Assembly: GCA_049968255.1 (NCBI GenBank)
Contig: JBMFRB010000003.1
Span: forward strand, 332,477-396,476
Reading direction: 5' to 3'
DNA length: 64,000 nucleotides
Source of the DNA: Candidatus Sumerlaeaceae bacterium
Lineage (GTDB): Bacteria > Sumerlaeota > Sumerlaeia > Sumerlaeales > Sumerlaeaceae
In this document: piece by piece, positions 1 through 10,153 of the stretch
Position numbering within the stretch: the stretch's first letter is position 1
How the letters are laid out: every line of letters starts with the position of its first letter
Position numbers and translations under genes: made by a program
Notes under the pieces: generated by a model
What the model was told of the DNA's origin: nothing
Databases searched by the model: none
What the model saw: the letters and a program-made list of their open reading frames with translations, nothing else

Positions 1-266
1 CCGCTTACGCCCTCGATCTCAAACGTGGTCTCTACATTTCCCTTTTCGTTCATGAACTGTTGCTCGGAGGGTGTGAGCAGCTTTTCCACCATTGCGGCGG
101 TCTCGTGGAACGTCAGAGGGCGTGAATCGACAGGGGGCTGCAGCTCGCGGCCGATGCGCATCACCGGAGGTTTGCCCACAAGATACAACACAGTCGAGGC
201 GCCGCACTGGGCGGCTAGGCGCAAAACTTCCGCAAGGCTCATGCGTTGGCTCGCTGCTTCGCTCAT
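1..266 (-). CDS. PilT/PilU-like N-terminal domain protein (partial, runs off window start)
   Basis: Not in ORF track. Hand translation from ATG at 266: MSEAASQRMSLAEVLRLAAQCGASTVLYLVGKPPVMRIGRELQPPVDSRPLTFHETAAMVEKLLTPSEQQFMNEKGNVETTFEIEGVS, which follows the PilT N-domain pattern (GASD.HL..G.PP..R..G...). Confidence 0.7.
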   Translation of the reverse strand, partial: MSEAASQRMSLAEVLRLAAQCGASTVLYLVGKPPVMRIGRELQPPVDSRPLTFHETAAMVEKLLTPSEQQFMNEKGNVETTFEIEGVS

Positions 267-665
267 GGTTCTCGGCGCTCGTGAAGTCGTGCGCTGAGTA
301 TAAACAGCAAAAGCGCGGGACGTGTGTGACTCAGGCCTGAATGACCCAAGCTAAGCCCACACGGACCGAGGACAATCGTCCGTTTGCCGGTCGCGGTGAA
401 GCCGGATAGTAATTGCTGCCCGATCCACCATCGTCCCGCGCATAAAGTTTTTACATCCACGCAGCCGCTTCAATCGCTTGAAAAATGTCTTCAGGGCCGC
501 ATCCGGCGAAATCTTCGTTTTTTTCATTGCGCAGTTTTTGTCACGCGACTGTAAAAAGACATGTTCGGCTTTCAATAACCCGAGGGCAAGCACCCTTTCT
601 CGTGTAAGGCCAAGCAAGACTCTCGATAAAGCCGAACATCATCTCACGACGTGAGGGTTGGCAAC

Positions 666-1940
666 GTGGCCGTCTTAACGAGTCGCGAACACCGATTGTC
701 GGCGCGTGCGCGCCGCACAAAAGAACCACAAATCTCTTGGCTTCTCAAAAAACCTTTGGAGAACCCAAGCATCATTTCCCTAGCAGCGGGACTGGTGGAT
801 CAACAAACCTTGCCAGCGCAGATCATTCATCGGCTCGTCACCGAGCTTTTCGCCGATGAGGATGCTGCTAAGCGTGCTCTGCAGTATGGCACCACCGAAG
901 GCGAAGCCAACCTCCGTAAGCTGCTTGCAGCCCGGTTAGCAAGCGCTGGGTTACCGGCCCCTATTGATCCCGAGAACATCGTTCTTACCAATGGTAGCCA
1001 GCAGCTGCTATTCTTGGCAACGGACGTCCTTGTTGACCCTGGCGATATCGTGCTAGTCGAGGATCCCACCTATTTTGTTTACATGGGCGTTCTTGATGCT
1101 GTGGGAGCACGCACGATCGGCATTACGACCGACGACGAGGGCATCATCCCCGAGGCGCTTGAAGAAACCCTTCAGCGGCTTGCCGCCACGGGGGAGCTGC
1201 CCCGCGTCAAGATCCTCTATGTGATGACCTACTTCCAAAACCCAAAAGGGTCCAGTCACTCTCGGAGGCGGCGCGAGCAGATCTATGAAATCATCGAGCG
1301 CTTTAGCTCCGAGGAACATTTCATCTATATCATCGAGGATGCTGCCTATTATGAACTGAAATTCGAAGGCGAGGATGTGCCATTCCTCAAGACCCTCGAT
1401 GCTCAGAACGAGCGCGTGCTTTTGGCCATGACCTTCTCGAAGGCCTTCGCTCCCGGATTGCGCTTGGGCTACGGCTACCTGCCGACCGAGCTAACGCCGC
1501 ACATTCTCAACCAGAAGGGCAACCACGATTTCGGCAGTAGCAATCTGGCCCAGAATCTCGTTTATCATGCACTCAAAACCGGTGTTTTCGACAGCCACAG
1601 TGCAATGCTCCGCGAACGCTATCGACGCAAGCGCGATATCATGCTCGACGTCCTGCGTACGAAATTCCCGCCCGAGGTCAAATTCCTCGAACCAAAAGGT
1701 GGCCTCTACGTTTGGGTGACGTTACCGGAAGGAGTCTCAACGGCGCCCGGGAGCCGTTTCTTCGAGGAGGCGCTCGCACGGCAAGTTATCTACGTCCCAG
1801 GGTGCTATTGCTACGCCCAGGAAGAAGGGCGCACGAAGCCAGAAAATCAACTTCGCCTTTGCTACGCCTACATCGAGGAGCAGCCCATGCGGGAAGGGCT
1901 TCAGCGTCTCGCAGCGGCGTGCAAGGCCGCCCTTGGTTAG
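666..1940 (+). CDS. PLP-dependent class I/II aminotransferase (LysN/ARO8/MocR-aminotransferase-like)
   Basis: IISLAAG, ALQYGTTEG, TNGSQQ, VEDPTY, FQNPKG, IIEDAAY, TFSKAFAPGLRLG (PLP lysine); GTG 666 follows GAGGG. Confidence 0.9.
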   Translation: MAVLTSREHRLSARARRTKEPQISWLLKKPLENPSIISLAAGLVDQQTLPAQIIHRLVTELFADEDAAKRALQYGTTEGEANLRKLLAARLASAGLPAPIDPENIVLTNGSQQLLFLATDVLVDPGDIVLVEDPTYFVYMGVLDAVGARTIGITTDDEGIIPEALEETLQRLAATGELPRVKILYVMTYFQNPKGSSHSRRRREQIYEIIERFSSEEHFIYIIEDAAYYELKFEGEDVPFLKTLDAQNERVLLAMTFSKAFAPGLRLGYGYLPTELTPHILNQKGNHDFGSSNLAQNLVYHALKTGVFDSHSAMLRERYRRKRDIMLDVLRTKFPPEVKFLEPKGGLYVWVTLPEGVSTAPGSRFFEEALARQVIYVPGCYCYAQEEGRTKPENQLRLCYAYIEEQPMREGLQRLAAACKAALG

Positions 1941-2016
1941 TGAGCCCCAGCGCGGGGCATTCAGCGGTGAGCGCGGCCATTGAATCTTTGATGACGCGAT
2001 GGCTAAGGACGCGGCG

Positions 2017-2790
2017 ATGATAAAATGTCTACTTTCTCGCAAAAGCTTGCAAATCGTGATTCCACTGCGACGCTTTCGCCTGAGGACAGTGTTTAGCTTG
2101 TTTGCATTTTGCTCCACGCTGCCCCTGGCTGCAGCTCCGACCACGGCATCGCTGTGGGGGAGAGTGAGTTATTTGGGCCAGCGGCCGCAACTGGAGCTTA
2201 TCGAGATGCGGGGCGACTCCTACTGCTCTGCCCGTCAGCGCGAAGCTCGTCATTCGCGCCAAGACTTGCTCGTCAACGAACAGGGTGGGGTGGCCAATGC
2301 GCTGGTGTACGTCAAGGACGGTCCAATTGTCCGTCGCGCAGATCCGCAGCGCAAAATGGTTGAGCTTGCTATGCGCGACTGCCTATTTTTCCCTCGAGTT
2401 CTTGGCGTGCAATGTGGCCAGAAAATCGCTCTTCGCAACGATGATCGCACGCTCCACACGGTGTATGCCCGGGCCAAGGCGAATCCCAAATTCATCCATC
2501 CGTTGCGCGGCCCCGACGATCCACCGTTTGAATTTTCGTTCAGTGCACCAGAGTTGCCGGTCTACTTGCGCTGCGATGTTCAGCCCTGGATGATTGCCTA
2601 CGTTGGCGTTTTCGATCACCCCTACTTTTCCGTCACCGCTATTGATGGGACATTCGAGCTCGTGAACTTGCCGCCTGGGAACTATACCATTGGCGTATGG
2701 CATGAAAAATTAGGGACGCTGACGGAACACATCGAGCTAAAGGCTGGCGAGCGACGCGCCTTAGAGCTGCATTTCGCTGGCACGCGCTAA
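2017..2790 (+). CDS. Exported protein with cupredoxin-like and carboxypeptidase-regulatory-like domains
   Basis: Signal-like N-terminus; GGVANALVYV, CLFFPRVLGV, NDDRTLHTV, LRCDVQPWMIAYVGVFDHPYFSVT, LPPGNYTIGVWHEKLG; start uncertain (1999/2017). Confidence 0.7.
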   Translation: MIKCLLSRKSLQIVIPLRRFRLRTVFSLFAFCSTLPLAAAPTTASLWGRVSYLGQRPQLELIEMRGDSYCSARQREARHSRQDLLVNEQGGVANALVYVKDGPIVRRADPQRKMVELAMRDCLFFPRVLGVQCGQKIALRNDDRTLHTVYARAKANPKFIHPLRGPDDPPFEFSFSAPELPVYLRCDVQPWMIAYVGVFDHPYFSVTAIDGTFELVNLPPGNYTIGVWHEKLGTLTEHIELKAGERRALELHFAGTR

Positions 2791-2799
2791 TTTGTGTGC

Positions 2800-4239
2800 T
2801 CACAGTCCCCCATTGTCGCTGCGGTGCGGCAAACGAATGCCCAGACGCTCGAATTTTTCATAAAGATGACGACGCGACAAACCGCTGAGCCGTGCCGCTT
2901 CGGACACGTTTCCGCCCGTAGCCTCAATGAGATGATGCAAGTAAGCCCGCTCGAATTCCTCCCGCGCCTTGCGATAATCAAGAGCCGCAAACGGCAGAGT
3001 CTGCCCACTCTTTGCTCCATGTGCCACGGAGGGCGTGTTGCGAACGTCGCTGGGGAGATCGGCTAAAGCGATTTCGTCACCGTCGCCCAAAATGAGCAGC
3101 CGTTCGATTAGATTCTCCAATTCGCGCACATTCCCCGGAAACGGATATTTCTTCAGTGCATCTAGTGCCGCGGGGGAAAACCGCGGCACGGACCGATTCA
3201 GTTTGCGCGCTGCTTTTGCAGCGAAATGCGCCACCAGCAAAGGGATGTCACCAATGCGCTCGCGTAGCGGCGGCAGATGCAACGAGATCACATTGAGCCG
3301 ATAATACAAGTCTTGCCGGAAGACCCGGTCGCGAATCGCGGCTTCGAGATCGCGATTTGTGGCGGCAATCAGCCGTACATCTACCTTGATGGGGCGCAGG
3401 CCACCCACGCGCTGCACTTCTTTTTCCTGGAGCATACGCAGAACCTTTGCCTGCAGCGGCATGGGAAGATCGCCGATTTCGTCCAGAAATAGCGTGCCCC
3501 CATTGGCCACTTCTACGAGTCCCATTTTAGGACGGTCAGCCCCCGTAAATGCCCCCTTTTCGTATCCGAACAACTCACTCTCCAAAAGAGTTTCGGGGAT
3601 CGAGGCACAATTGATCGCCACAAAGGGAGCGTCGGCACGCCGCGAATGCCGATGAATGGCGCGCGCCACAAGCTCCTTGCCCGTGCCGCTTTCCCCACGC
3701 AAGAGCACCGCCGCATCGGTGGGAGCAATTTTGGCAATAAGAGCACGCAGTTCGCACATCGGTGCGCTCTCACCCACAAGCTCCGCAGGCTCAAACGGCC
3801 GCGCCAGTGTGCGCGTGAGGGCCTCATTTTTCTCCCGCAAACGCGTTCGTTCCGCCGCACGCTCCACAATGAGCAGCAGCTCCTCGAGCTTGAACGGTTT
3901 GGTAATGTAATCGTACGCGCCCTCCCGCATCGCCTCGATTGCGCTTTCGATGGTGCCGTAGGCCGTCATCAGAATAACGTTCGTTGCTGGGCTCAAACGA
4001 CGCACCGCCCGCAGCAGGTCCATGCCACTGAGCTCCGGCATTTTCAGGTCAGAGATGACGATGTCGGTAGGCGAATTCTGGAGCCAAGAAAGTGCTTCGT
4101 TGGGGCGCGTAAATGTTTGGACACTGTAGCCTTCCTGCGTCAGAACCTTGCGCAGGATCGTGCACATCCCTTCTTCGTCGTCCACGACGAGAATCTGTGC
4201 TCCTCGCGTTCTCTCTGGTTGCTCGTGGGGCGTAATCAT
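2800..4239 (-). CDS. Sigma-54-dependent Fis-family response regulator (NtrC/AtoC/ZraR type)
   Basis: REC domain (ILVVDDE, DLKMP), Walker A GESGTGKE, GAFTGA loop, LFLDEIG, FPGNVRELEN, C-terminal Fis HTH. Confidence 0.95.
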   Translation of the reverse strand: MITPHEQPERTRGAQILVVDDEEGMCTILRKVLTQEGYSVQTFTRPNEALSWLQNSPTDIVISDLKMPELSGMDLLRAVRRLSPATNVILMTAYGTIESAIEAMREGAYDYITKPFKLEELLLIVERAAERTRLREKNEALTRTLARPFEPAELVGESAPMCELRALIAKIAPTDAAVLLRGESGTGKELVARAIHRHSRRADAPFVAINCASIPETLLESELFGYEKGAFTGADRPKMGLVEVANGGTLFLDEIGDLPMPLQAKVLRMLQEKEVQRVGGLRPIKVDVRLIAATNRDLEAAIRDRVFRQDLYYRLNVISLHLPPLRERIGDIPLLVAHFAAKAARKLNRSVPRFSPAALDALKKYPFPGNVRELENLIERLLILGDGDEIALADLPSDVRNTPSVAHGAKSGQTLPFAALDYRKAREEFERAYLHHLIEATGGNVSEAARLSGLSRRHLYEKFERLGIRLPHRSDNGGL

Positions 4240-4291
4240 CGAGCATTCACTATCCCGTGCTGACCAGATCGCGTCAAGGCCGGCTTCGCGC

Positions 4292-4942
4292 TCAAAGGCC
4301 TAGGTCCTTGTGAATCATTGGCACGAATCTCACAGGCCCCAAGCGCCGATGCACATAGCGCCCCGGTTCCTCATGCGTGATTTGCAAGAGTTCCTGCACA
4401 TCCCCACCGACAGGCACCACCATGATTCCGCCCACTTCGAGTTGATCGAGCAGAGTTTCAGGAACATGCTCGGGCGCCGCCGTCACAATGATTTTGTCGA
4501 ACGGCGCTTTTTCGGGCAGGCCGAGCCAGCCGTCGCGTACCAGAATGTGCACATTGCGCAGCCCCAGCTGATCGAGGCGGTGGCGAGCCGCTTGCGCAAG
4601 CTCCGGCACAATTTCCAGCGACCACACCTCTTTGACGAGATGCGCGAGGATGGCCGTCTGATAGCCAGTGCCACAGCCCACCTCGAGCACGCGGTCCGTA
4701 GGTGCGGGATGCAGCTCCTGGGTCATGAGCGCCACAATGTAGGGTTGCGAAATGGTCTGGCCGTGTCCCACGGGCAGCGGCCCATCCGTGTAGGCCTGGT
4801 GACGCAACTCCGGCGGCACGAAGAGTGCACGGTCCACTTGCCGCATCGCATTGATCACGAACATATCCGTGATCCCACGCGGCACAATCTGTGTCTCAAT
4901 CATCTCATCGTTTGTCAGCGCTGTGCCCCATTGCACGTCCAT
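4292..4942 (-). CDS. pcm: Protein-L-isoaspartate O-methyltransferase
   Basis: GQTISQPYIVALM, VLEVGCGTGYQTA, APFDKIIVTAA, VRFVPM. Confidence 0.95.
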   Translation of the reverse strand: MDVQWGTALTNDEMIETQIVPRGITDMFVINAMRQVDRALFVPPELRHQAYTDGPLPVGHGQTISQPYIVALMTQELHPAPTDRVLEVGCGTGYQTAILAHLVKEVWSLEIVPELAQAARHRLDQLGLRNVHILVRDGWLGLPEKAPFDKIIVTAAPEHVPETLLDQLEVGGIMVVPVGGDVQELLQITHEEPGRYVHRRLGPVRFVPMIHKDLGL

Positions 4943-5137
4943 GCCCCTACTTTACACCATCTGTCCTCTCTTTTGCCAAATGGAAACGTGAGGCCTCGAG
5001 ACGGCTCCTCCTGCCGGGCTTGCACCGAAAATTCGGCCATCACCGCAGAGAGGTGCGAAACAGAGTGTTCGATTTGTGCGATGCCTCTCCCGAAGAACAT
5101 CTTCGTGACGCTTGCTGGGGCACAAACGGGGGCGGCG

Positions 5138-5683
5138 TTAGAACTCTATCCCTCGCCGAGCCGCAACACCTTGGTAAAAATAGTGCTTTACAAGCTGGAC
5201 CTCCGACACCAGGTCCGCAGCCTCGATGAGTTCCGGAAAAGCCCCACGGCCCGTAAGAACAAGATCGCACGTCGGATGTGCGCGGAACTCTTTTACCAGA
5301 CTCATCAGTTCTCCTGGTGCCAGCAGTTTTGTGGCCACGCACGTGATTGCCTCATCGCAAACCACAAGGAAATAGCGCCCCGAGTTGATCAGCTCGATGG
5401 CTTTGCGAAGCCCAGCCTGTGCCTGCTCGAAATCCCCGGCTTCGTTTTGAAAGCGAAACCGGCCGTCGGACATCATGCGCTCAAGCCCGTAAAAATAAAG
5501 CTCGATGTTGGGAATCTGACGCAAGATTGCCCGCTCGTGATAGTGTTCGTTTTTGCCCTGAAAGCCTTTATCGAACTGAAGAATTGCCACACGTTCGCCA
5601 GCACCTGCTGCGCGAATCGACAGGCCAATGGCGGCCGTTGTTTTGCCTTTGCCATTGCCGGTGTAGACGTGAAGATATCCCAA
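5138..5683 (-). CDS. cobO: Cob(I)alamin adenosyltransferase (CobO/BtuR)
   Basis: [44 protein letters not shown]. Confidence 0.92.
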   Translation of the reverse strand: MGYLHVYTGNGKGKTTAAIGLSIRAAGAGERVAILQFDKGFQGKNEHYHERAILRQIPNIELYFYGLERMMSDGRFRFQNEAGDFEQAQAGLRKAIELINSGRYFLVVCDEAITCVATKLLAPGELMSLVKEFRAHPTCDLVLTGRGAFPELIEAADLVSEVQLVKHYFYQGVAARRGIEF

Positions 5684-5745
5684 AGAGCTGCTCTCTCTTT
5701 CGTAATGTTCTTGTTGTAGAGTACCAGGTCGCGTCTTTGCTCATG

Positions 5746-7182
5746 CTACAATTCGATGTGCGCCCACTTTTCTCTGCGGTAGCCATAGAAAAGAATAATG
5801 CAGCGCGCCAACCAGTCCACAATCGTGCCAAGGACCACGCCGTAAATTCCTAAGCCAAAGGGGAACGCCAACGCGTAGGTGGCCCCGATTCGCACGACCA
5901 GATTCCCAAAAAATGAGGCGAGCATTGGCGAGATGGTCTCGCCAGCGCCGCGTAGCCCGCCGCTCAACGTCATCGCGATGCCCAAGAGAGGCTGTTCGAC
6001 CGCCGCAACAAGAAGTAAAGCATACGCAAGTTCCACCACGTCAATTTCCCGGCAAAAGAACCCCAGCAAGGGGCGCCCCAAGAAAACCAGCGCTACGGCC
6101 ACGAAAGACATCACCAGCACAGCCAGCGTGGTGCTTGTACGAAATACGCGACGAGCCAGCGACACATCGCGCATCCCGAGCGCCTGCCCTACAAGGGCTG
6201 ACGATGCGATGGAAAAACCGATCCCAGCCATAAACGAAAGTGACTCAAGCCGCGTGGCCAAAGCATGGCTGGCCAGTGCCAACGTGCCCAGGCGAGTGAC
6301 GAAGCTAAAGAAGACCAGGAAACCAATGCTGATCATGAGCTCTTCCACAAAGGACGGCAGAGAAACGCGCCAGATCGTGGCAATGATTTTTCCGTTTGGC
6401 CAAAAATGATGCAGCCGCACCTGCGGCCCATCTTTCGCCCGCACCAGGTGAATCACCACAGCCACCGCTGCCAGACACAAGGCAACGCACGTCGAGAGCC
6501 CTGAGCCGAAAAGCTTGAGCTCGGGGAAGCCCCAATGCCCATAAATAAGTAAATAATTGAATAAGATATTCGATCCATTCATCCCTAGGGCAATCCACAT
6601 GGGAGTGCGGGTATTGCCGGTTGCACGCATGCTTGCGGCACCTACAAAAAATATCATGCGGGCAACACTTGCCGCCAACACAGCACGCATGTAGGGGATT
6701 CCGGCCAGCACCGCTTCCTCCGGTGTGCGGAGAGCGCGCAAAAGCTCCGGTGTCCACACAAGTCCGCCCACCGTAAGTAAGCTTCCGAGAATTACTGACA
6801 GCAGCAAGGATTGTCCGACCGCATGAGCTGCTCCTTCGCGTGAACTTGCGCCCCAGCGGCGTGCCACAAGCGCCGTCGTTCCGCGCTCGATGCATCCCAA
6901 CGTCATGTGCAGGCGCCACAAAATCATGCCCGCTGCCGCAGCCGCAGCGATCGGCACACTTCCATAGTACGCGACCATGAAAGTGTCGACCATAAGCAGA
7001 AGCGTCTGCAGCAGGTTCTCCGCGACGGCCGGACCAGTGAGTCGCAAGATTGTCGAAGTGAGCGAACGAGAAGAATCGGCGAAGACACCTAGCAGCTGTC
7101 GCTCGGGCCTTTGCAAATTCGGTTCAAGGACGGTCGTACTCCCTGCAGTTGTTGTCGGTCCTTCAGTGTCGCTGTCACACAT
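5746..7182 (-). CDS. MATE family efflux transporter
   Basis: About 12 TM segments; VDTFMV, RATGNTRTPM, LVGQALG, LRGAGET. Confidence 0.92.
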   Translation of the reverse strand: MCDSDTEGPTTTAGSTTVLEPNLQRPERQLLGVFADSSRSLTSTILRLTGPAVAENLLQTLLLMVDTFMVAYYGSVPIAAAAAAGMILWRLHMTLGCIERGTTALVARRWGASSREGAAHAVGQSLLLSVILGSLLTVGGLVWTPELLRALRTPEEAVLAGIPYMRAVLAASVARMIFFVGAASMRATGNTRTPMWIALGMNGSNILFNYLLIYGHWGFPELKLFGSGLSTCVALCLAAVAVVIHLVRAKDGPQVRLHHFWPNGKIIATIWRVSLPSFVEELMISIGFLVFFSFVTRLGTLALASHALATRLESLSFMAGIGFSIASSALVGQALGMRDVSLARRVFRTSTTLAVLVMSFVAVALVFLGRPLLGFFCREIDVVELAYALLLVAAVEQPLLGIAMTLSGGLRGAGETISPMLASFFGNLVVRIGATYALAFPFGLGIYGVVLGTIVDWLARCIILFYGYRREKWAHIEL

Positions 7183-7245
7183 TTGAGCTTGTCCCTTGAA
7201 TCAGAACCACTTTTGTCGAATACGCATCATCAAAGCCTACATCAA

Positions 7246-8232
7246 ATGAGCGGTCCAACGTACATGGACAATGTCATCGAAGAAATAGCGTCGTTTTTGG
7301 CACCGGATCTTCTGCGAGTGGACGAGCACCTGCAGGAGATTCTCGACAGCGACACTGCGCTGGTGCGCGAAGTTGGACAATATGTCCTTTCCTCGCGAGG
7401 AAAACGGCTGCGCCCAATCCTCGCAATATTGGCCGCAAAAGTCTTCAAATATGCCGGCGATGATCACACCAAAGTAGCCACCGCGCTGGAGCTTGTTCAT
7501 AGTGCCACGTTGCTCCACGACGACGTGATAGACAAGGCGCCGCTGAGGCGGGGGCGCCCAACTGTCAACGCGCGATGGGGCGACGATGTGGCCATTCTGA
7601 TTGCTGACTTCCTCTTTGCCCGGGCATTCAGCCTAGCGCTCAGCACGGCGATGAGTCCGAAGGTGCTCAGCCTCATCTGCCAGGTCACGGCACGCATGTG
7701 CGAAGGCGAAATGTTCCAAATTGAAAACAGCGACGCCATTCTCACGCGCGATGACTATCTGAGGATTATCAGGGGCAAGACGGCTTACCTGTTCAGTGCG
7801 TGCACCACATTGGGAGCAGTCCTGGCTCGGGCACCAGAGCAGCAAGTGATGTTGCTCTCCGCCTACGGTCTCAATTTCGGCATCGCGTTCCAGATTGTGG
7901 ACGATACTCTGGATCTCATTGCGTCGGATGATGAGATCGGCAAGCCTCACTGGGCCGACATTCGCAACGGCAAGCTCACCCTCCCCCTCATTTACGTATT
8001 CGAATCAGCCTCCGAACGCGACCGAAAAGAGCTCCTTGAATCCTGGCGCAACGGCCGAGACCCGGAAAGGATTGTGCCATTTATTGAAAAGTATGGCGGG
8101 ATCGAATACGCTTTGGCTGAAGCACGCCGCTATGCCACGATCGCCTGCGAACAGCTGGCAGATTTCCCCGCCGTTGAGCCGGTGCGAATGCTGTGCCGCT
8201 TAGCCGATTTTATTGTCGAGCGACGAAAGTAA
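7246..8232 (+). CDS. Long-chain trans-polyprenyl diphosphate synthase (IspB/HepT-like)
   Basis: GKRLRP, ELVHSATLLHDDVID, RRG, GKTA, FQIVDD, GKLTLP. Confidence 0.93.
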   Translation: MSGPTYMDNVIEEIASFLAPDLLRVDEHLQEILDSDTALVREVGQYVLSSRGKRLRPILAILAAKVFKYAGDDHTKVATALELVHSATLLHDDVIDKAPLRRGRPTVNARWGDDVAILIADFLFARAFSLALSTAMSPKVLSLICQVTARMCEGEMFQIENSDAILTRDDYLRIIRGKTAYLFSACTTLGAVLARAPEQQVMLLSAYGLNFGIAFQIVDDTLDLIASDDEIGKPHWADIRNGKLTLPLIYVFESASERDRKELLESWRNGRDPERIVPFIEKYGGIEYALAEARRYATIACEQLADFPAVEPVRMLCRLADFIVERRK

Positions 8233-8442
8233 TCGCCCTGCGACGCGCTTGCTCAAGCCGACGCGACTGTTGCGTACCGTGCGTCTGTGAGCGTCGGTTC
8301 CCCCACATAAAAAAGTATCCCCTCCGCCTTATCACGAGATCAATCCTGCCGTGCGTTTTTCCAGCTTTATGCGCCATCATCGCCGTGCTTCCGCAGAGCA
8401 ATGCTGGGGTGCCCTGCACGTGTGGGTCATTGCAATCCACTC

Positions 8443-10059
8443 CTAAGGATTCTGAGGGAAGTGGATTTGCCGCGGCGGATACGGGTTCGTGATCACTGTG
8501 TAACGCGCGTAAGCATCGGCGATCTTGTTGTAGAGATCATAGCTCGTTGGCGCTCCCAAAGATGGGTCGAGTTTCAGTGCCTCCTGCCAAGCAAAAATGG
8601 CCCGCTGCAAATATTTTGCTGCCTCCACCTTTGGCGAGAACGCCCGCTTGCGCTCATCAAAATTTGTGCTCGTGTAGGCCGCGAGGTAAGAAAGGGCCTG
8701 GTTGTAATAGTCGTCGCCGCGCATTGCCAGGGCCTTAGCCTGCTGTAATACGTCTTTTTGCAGTCGCTCCTTCTCGACCTTCGCTTTTGTCGCAATTTCC
8801 TGCGCCCTTTGCACGATGTCCGGGAACATCGCATATTGCGACTGCACTTCGAGTGCTTTCTGCGTTGCTAAAAGGAACTGCTGCTCTGCCAAGAAATCGC
8901 TTGCATCCTTCAGCTCGCTTTCAGCGAAGCGGCGCAGCCCCTCCGCAGCGGTTTTATTCTCCGGCGCCATAGCCAGCACGTTGCGGTACTCCTCTTTGGC
9001 CACATCCAGCAAGCCGCGCTCTTGGGCAAATTTAGCCAACTGTGCCCGCTGCTCGGGATCATTCTGGTTCACCTGCGCTCGTTTGAGCATGTACTCGTAA
9101 CGAGCTAGCGGTGTCGTGGGCTCATTGGGTGAAAACTGAAGGAACAACTTGTACGCCTCGATCGCCTTTTTGTAATCACCCTTTTCCGCATATTGCCGGT
9201 GGAGCATGTCGAACATCACGTAGACGCGCTGGCGCATTGTCTCGTTAGCGTATTTGGGCTCCTGCAAATATTTGAGGTAGATTGGCAGGGCTTCGTCGTA
9301 ACGTTTCAGTTTGAAGAGGGCATCCGCGACCTTGAGCTCATCCTCGGGACGTGTGCTATTCTTGTATTGCTCGACAACGGCCTCAAGTTTACTTGGGTCG
9401 CCTTCCCAGGCTTTAAGGAGGGCCTTGCGGATTTCGTCATTCTGTGGGTCGAGCCGCAGCGCGATCTGGAGCTTCTCCTGCGCTCCAGGGGGATCCTGAT
9501 GGTCGAGTCGCGACTTGCCCCACAAGTAATAGACGCGTGCAAAGGCTCGCTTATAGGCAGCGCTGCGTGGCGAGTTTTCGCCCGGATCTGCCGCCTTTAG
9601 CAAGCGGTTTGCTTCGTCGAATTTGCCTTGTTCAGCCAGCGCCACGGCCTGCGCCAGCATCTCATCAATTTTGCGTATCAGCTCACGCTGCTTCGAGGCT
9701 TCCATCTGCTTGTAGGCGGCCTCCACTTTTTGCATGCCAGCTGTCACTGTTGTGTTGTTCGGGTCGGCTTCCACAGCCTTCTGGTAAGCCTCGTAAGCCT
9801 TCACAATTTCGTTCCGGGCGAAAAACTGGTCGCCGATATGCGCATAGCTCGCTGCCGTGGACTCTCGCAGGATGGAACTGATTTTCTCGCGCGGAATGGC
9901 GAGATCACCCGCTGCCGTTCGAATGGTGATCGTTTTGTCGCCCGGCACGTCTTTAATGATCAAGCCCTCTTGGCGTTGGCCGTCCTGCAACACGATCACA
10001 TCCGCAGCCGTTGGCGCCGCCACGGCCAGAGCAATGACTAATGCTGCGTAAACTTTCAT
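8443..10059 (-). CDS. Exported TPR protein
   Basis: Signal peptide MKVYAALVIALAVAAPTAA, N-terminal DVIVLQDG...EG.I domain, several TPR-like repeats (KAVEADP, ALRLDP, ALKLDP). Confidence 0.8.
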   Translation of the reverse strand: MKVYAALVIALAVAAPTAADVIVLQDGQRQEGLIIKDVPGDKTITIRTAAGDLAIPREKISSILRESTAASYAHIGDQFFARNEIVKAYEAYQKAVEADPNNTTVTAGMQKVEAAYKQMEASKQRELIRKIDEMLAQAVALAEQGKFDEANRLLKAADPGENSPRSAAYKRAFARVYYLWGKSRLDHQDPPGAQEKLQIALRLDPQNDEIRKALLKAWEGDPSKLEAVVEQYKNSTRPEDELKVADALFKLKRYDEALPIYLKYLQEPKYANETMRQRVYVMFDMLHRQYAEKGDYKKAIEAYKLFLQFSPNEPTTPLARYEYMLKRAQVNQNDPEQRAQLAKFAQERGLLDVAKEEYRNVLAMAPENKTAAEGLRRFAESELKDASDFLAEQQFLLATQKALEVQSQYAMFPDIVQRAQEIATKAKVEKERLQKDVLQQAKALAMRGDDYYNQALSYLAAYTSTNFDERKRAFSPKVEAAKYLQRAIFAWQEALKLDPSLGAPTSYDLYNKIADAYARYTVITNPYPPRQIHFPQNP

Positions 10060-10153
10060 CGTTGCACCATCTCTTTGAAATTTGCCACACAATCGAGCTG
10101 TCCACTTTGAGTTACATTATTTAGAGAGCTGGGGCGACGTTCTGCAAGCAGAG

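Noticed and set aside
351-527. Basic small ORF MKKTKISPDAALKTFFKRLKR with faint bS21 resemblance
   Set aside because: Lacks the bS21 core (E.R.R..Y.KP) and has no SD.
561-639. SAM-I riboswitch (TTATCGAGAG on the - strand)
   Set aside because: Downstream SAM-I elements (GAGGGA..GGCCC, GCAACC) are absent and the orientation is opposite to the aminotransferase.
4310-5719. 469-aa + strand ORF
   Set aside because: Antisense shadow of pcm and cobO; no recognisable motifs.
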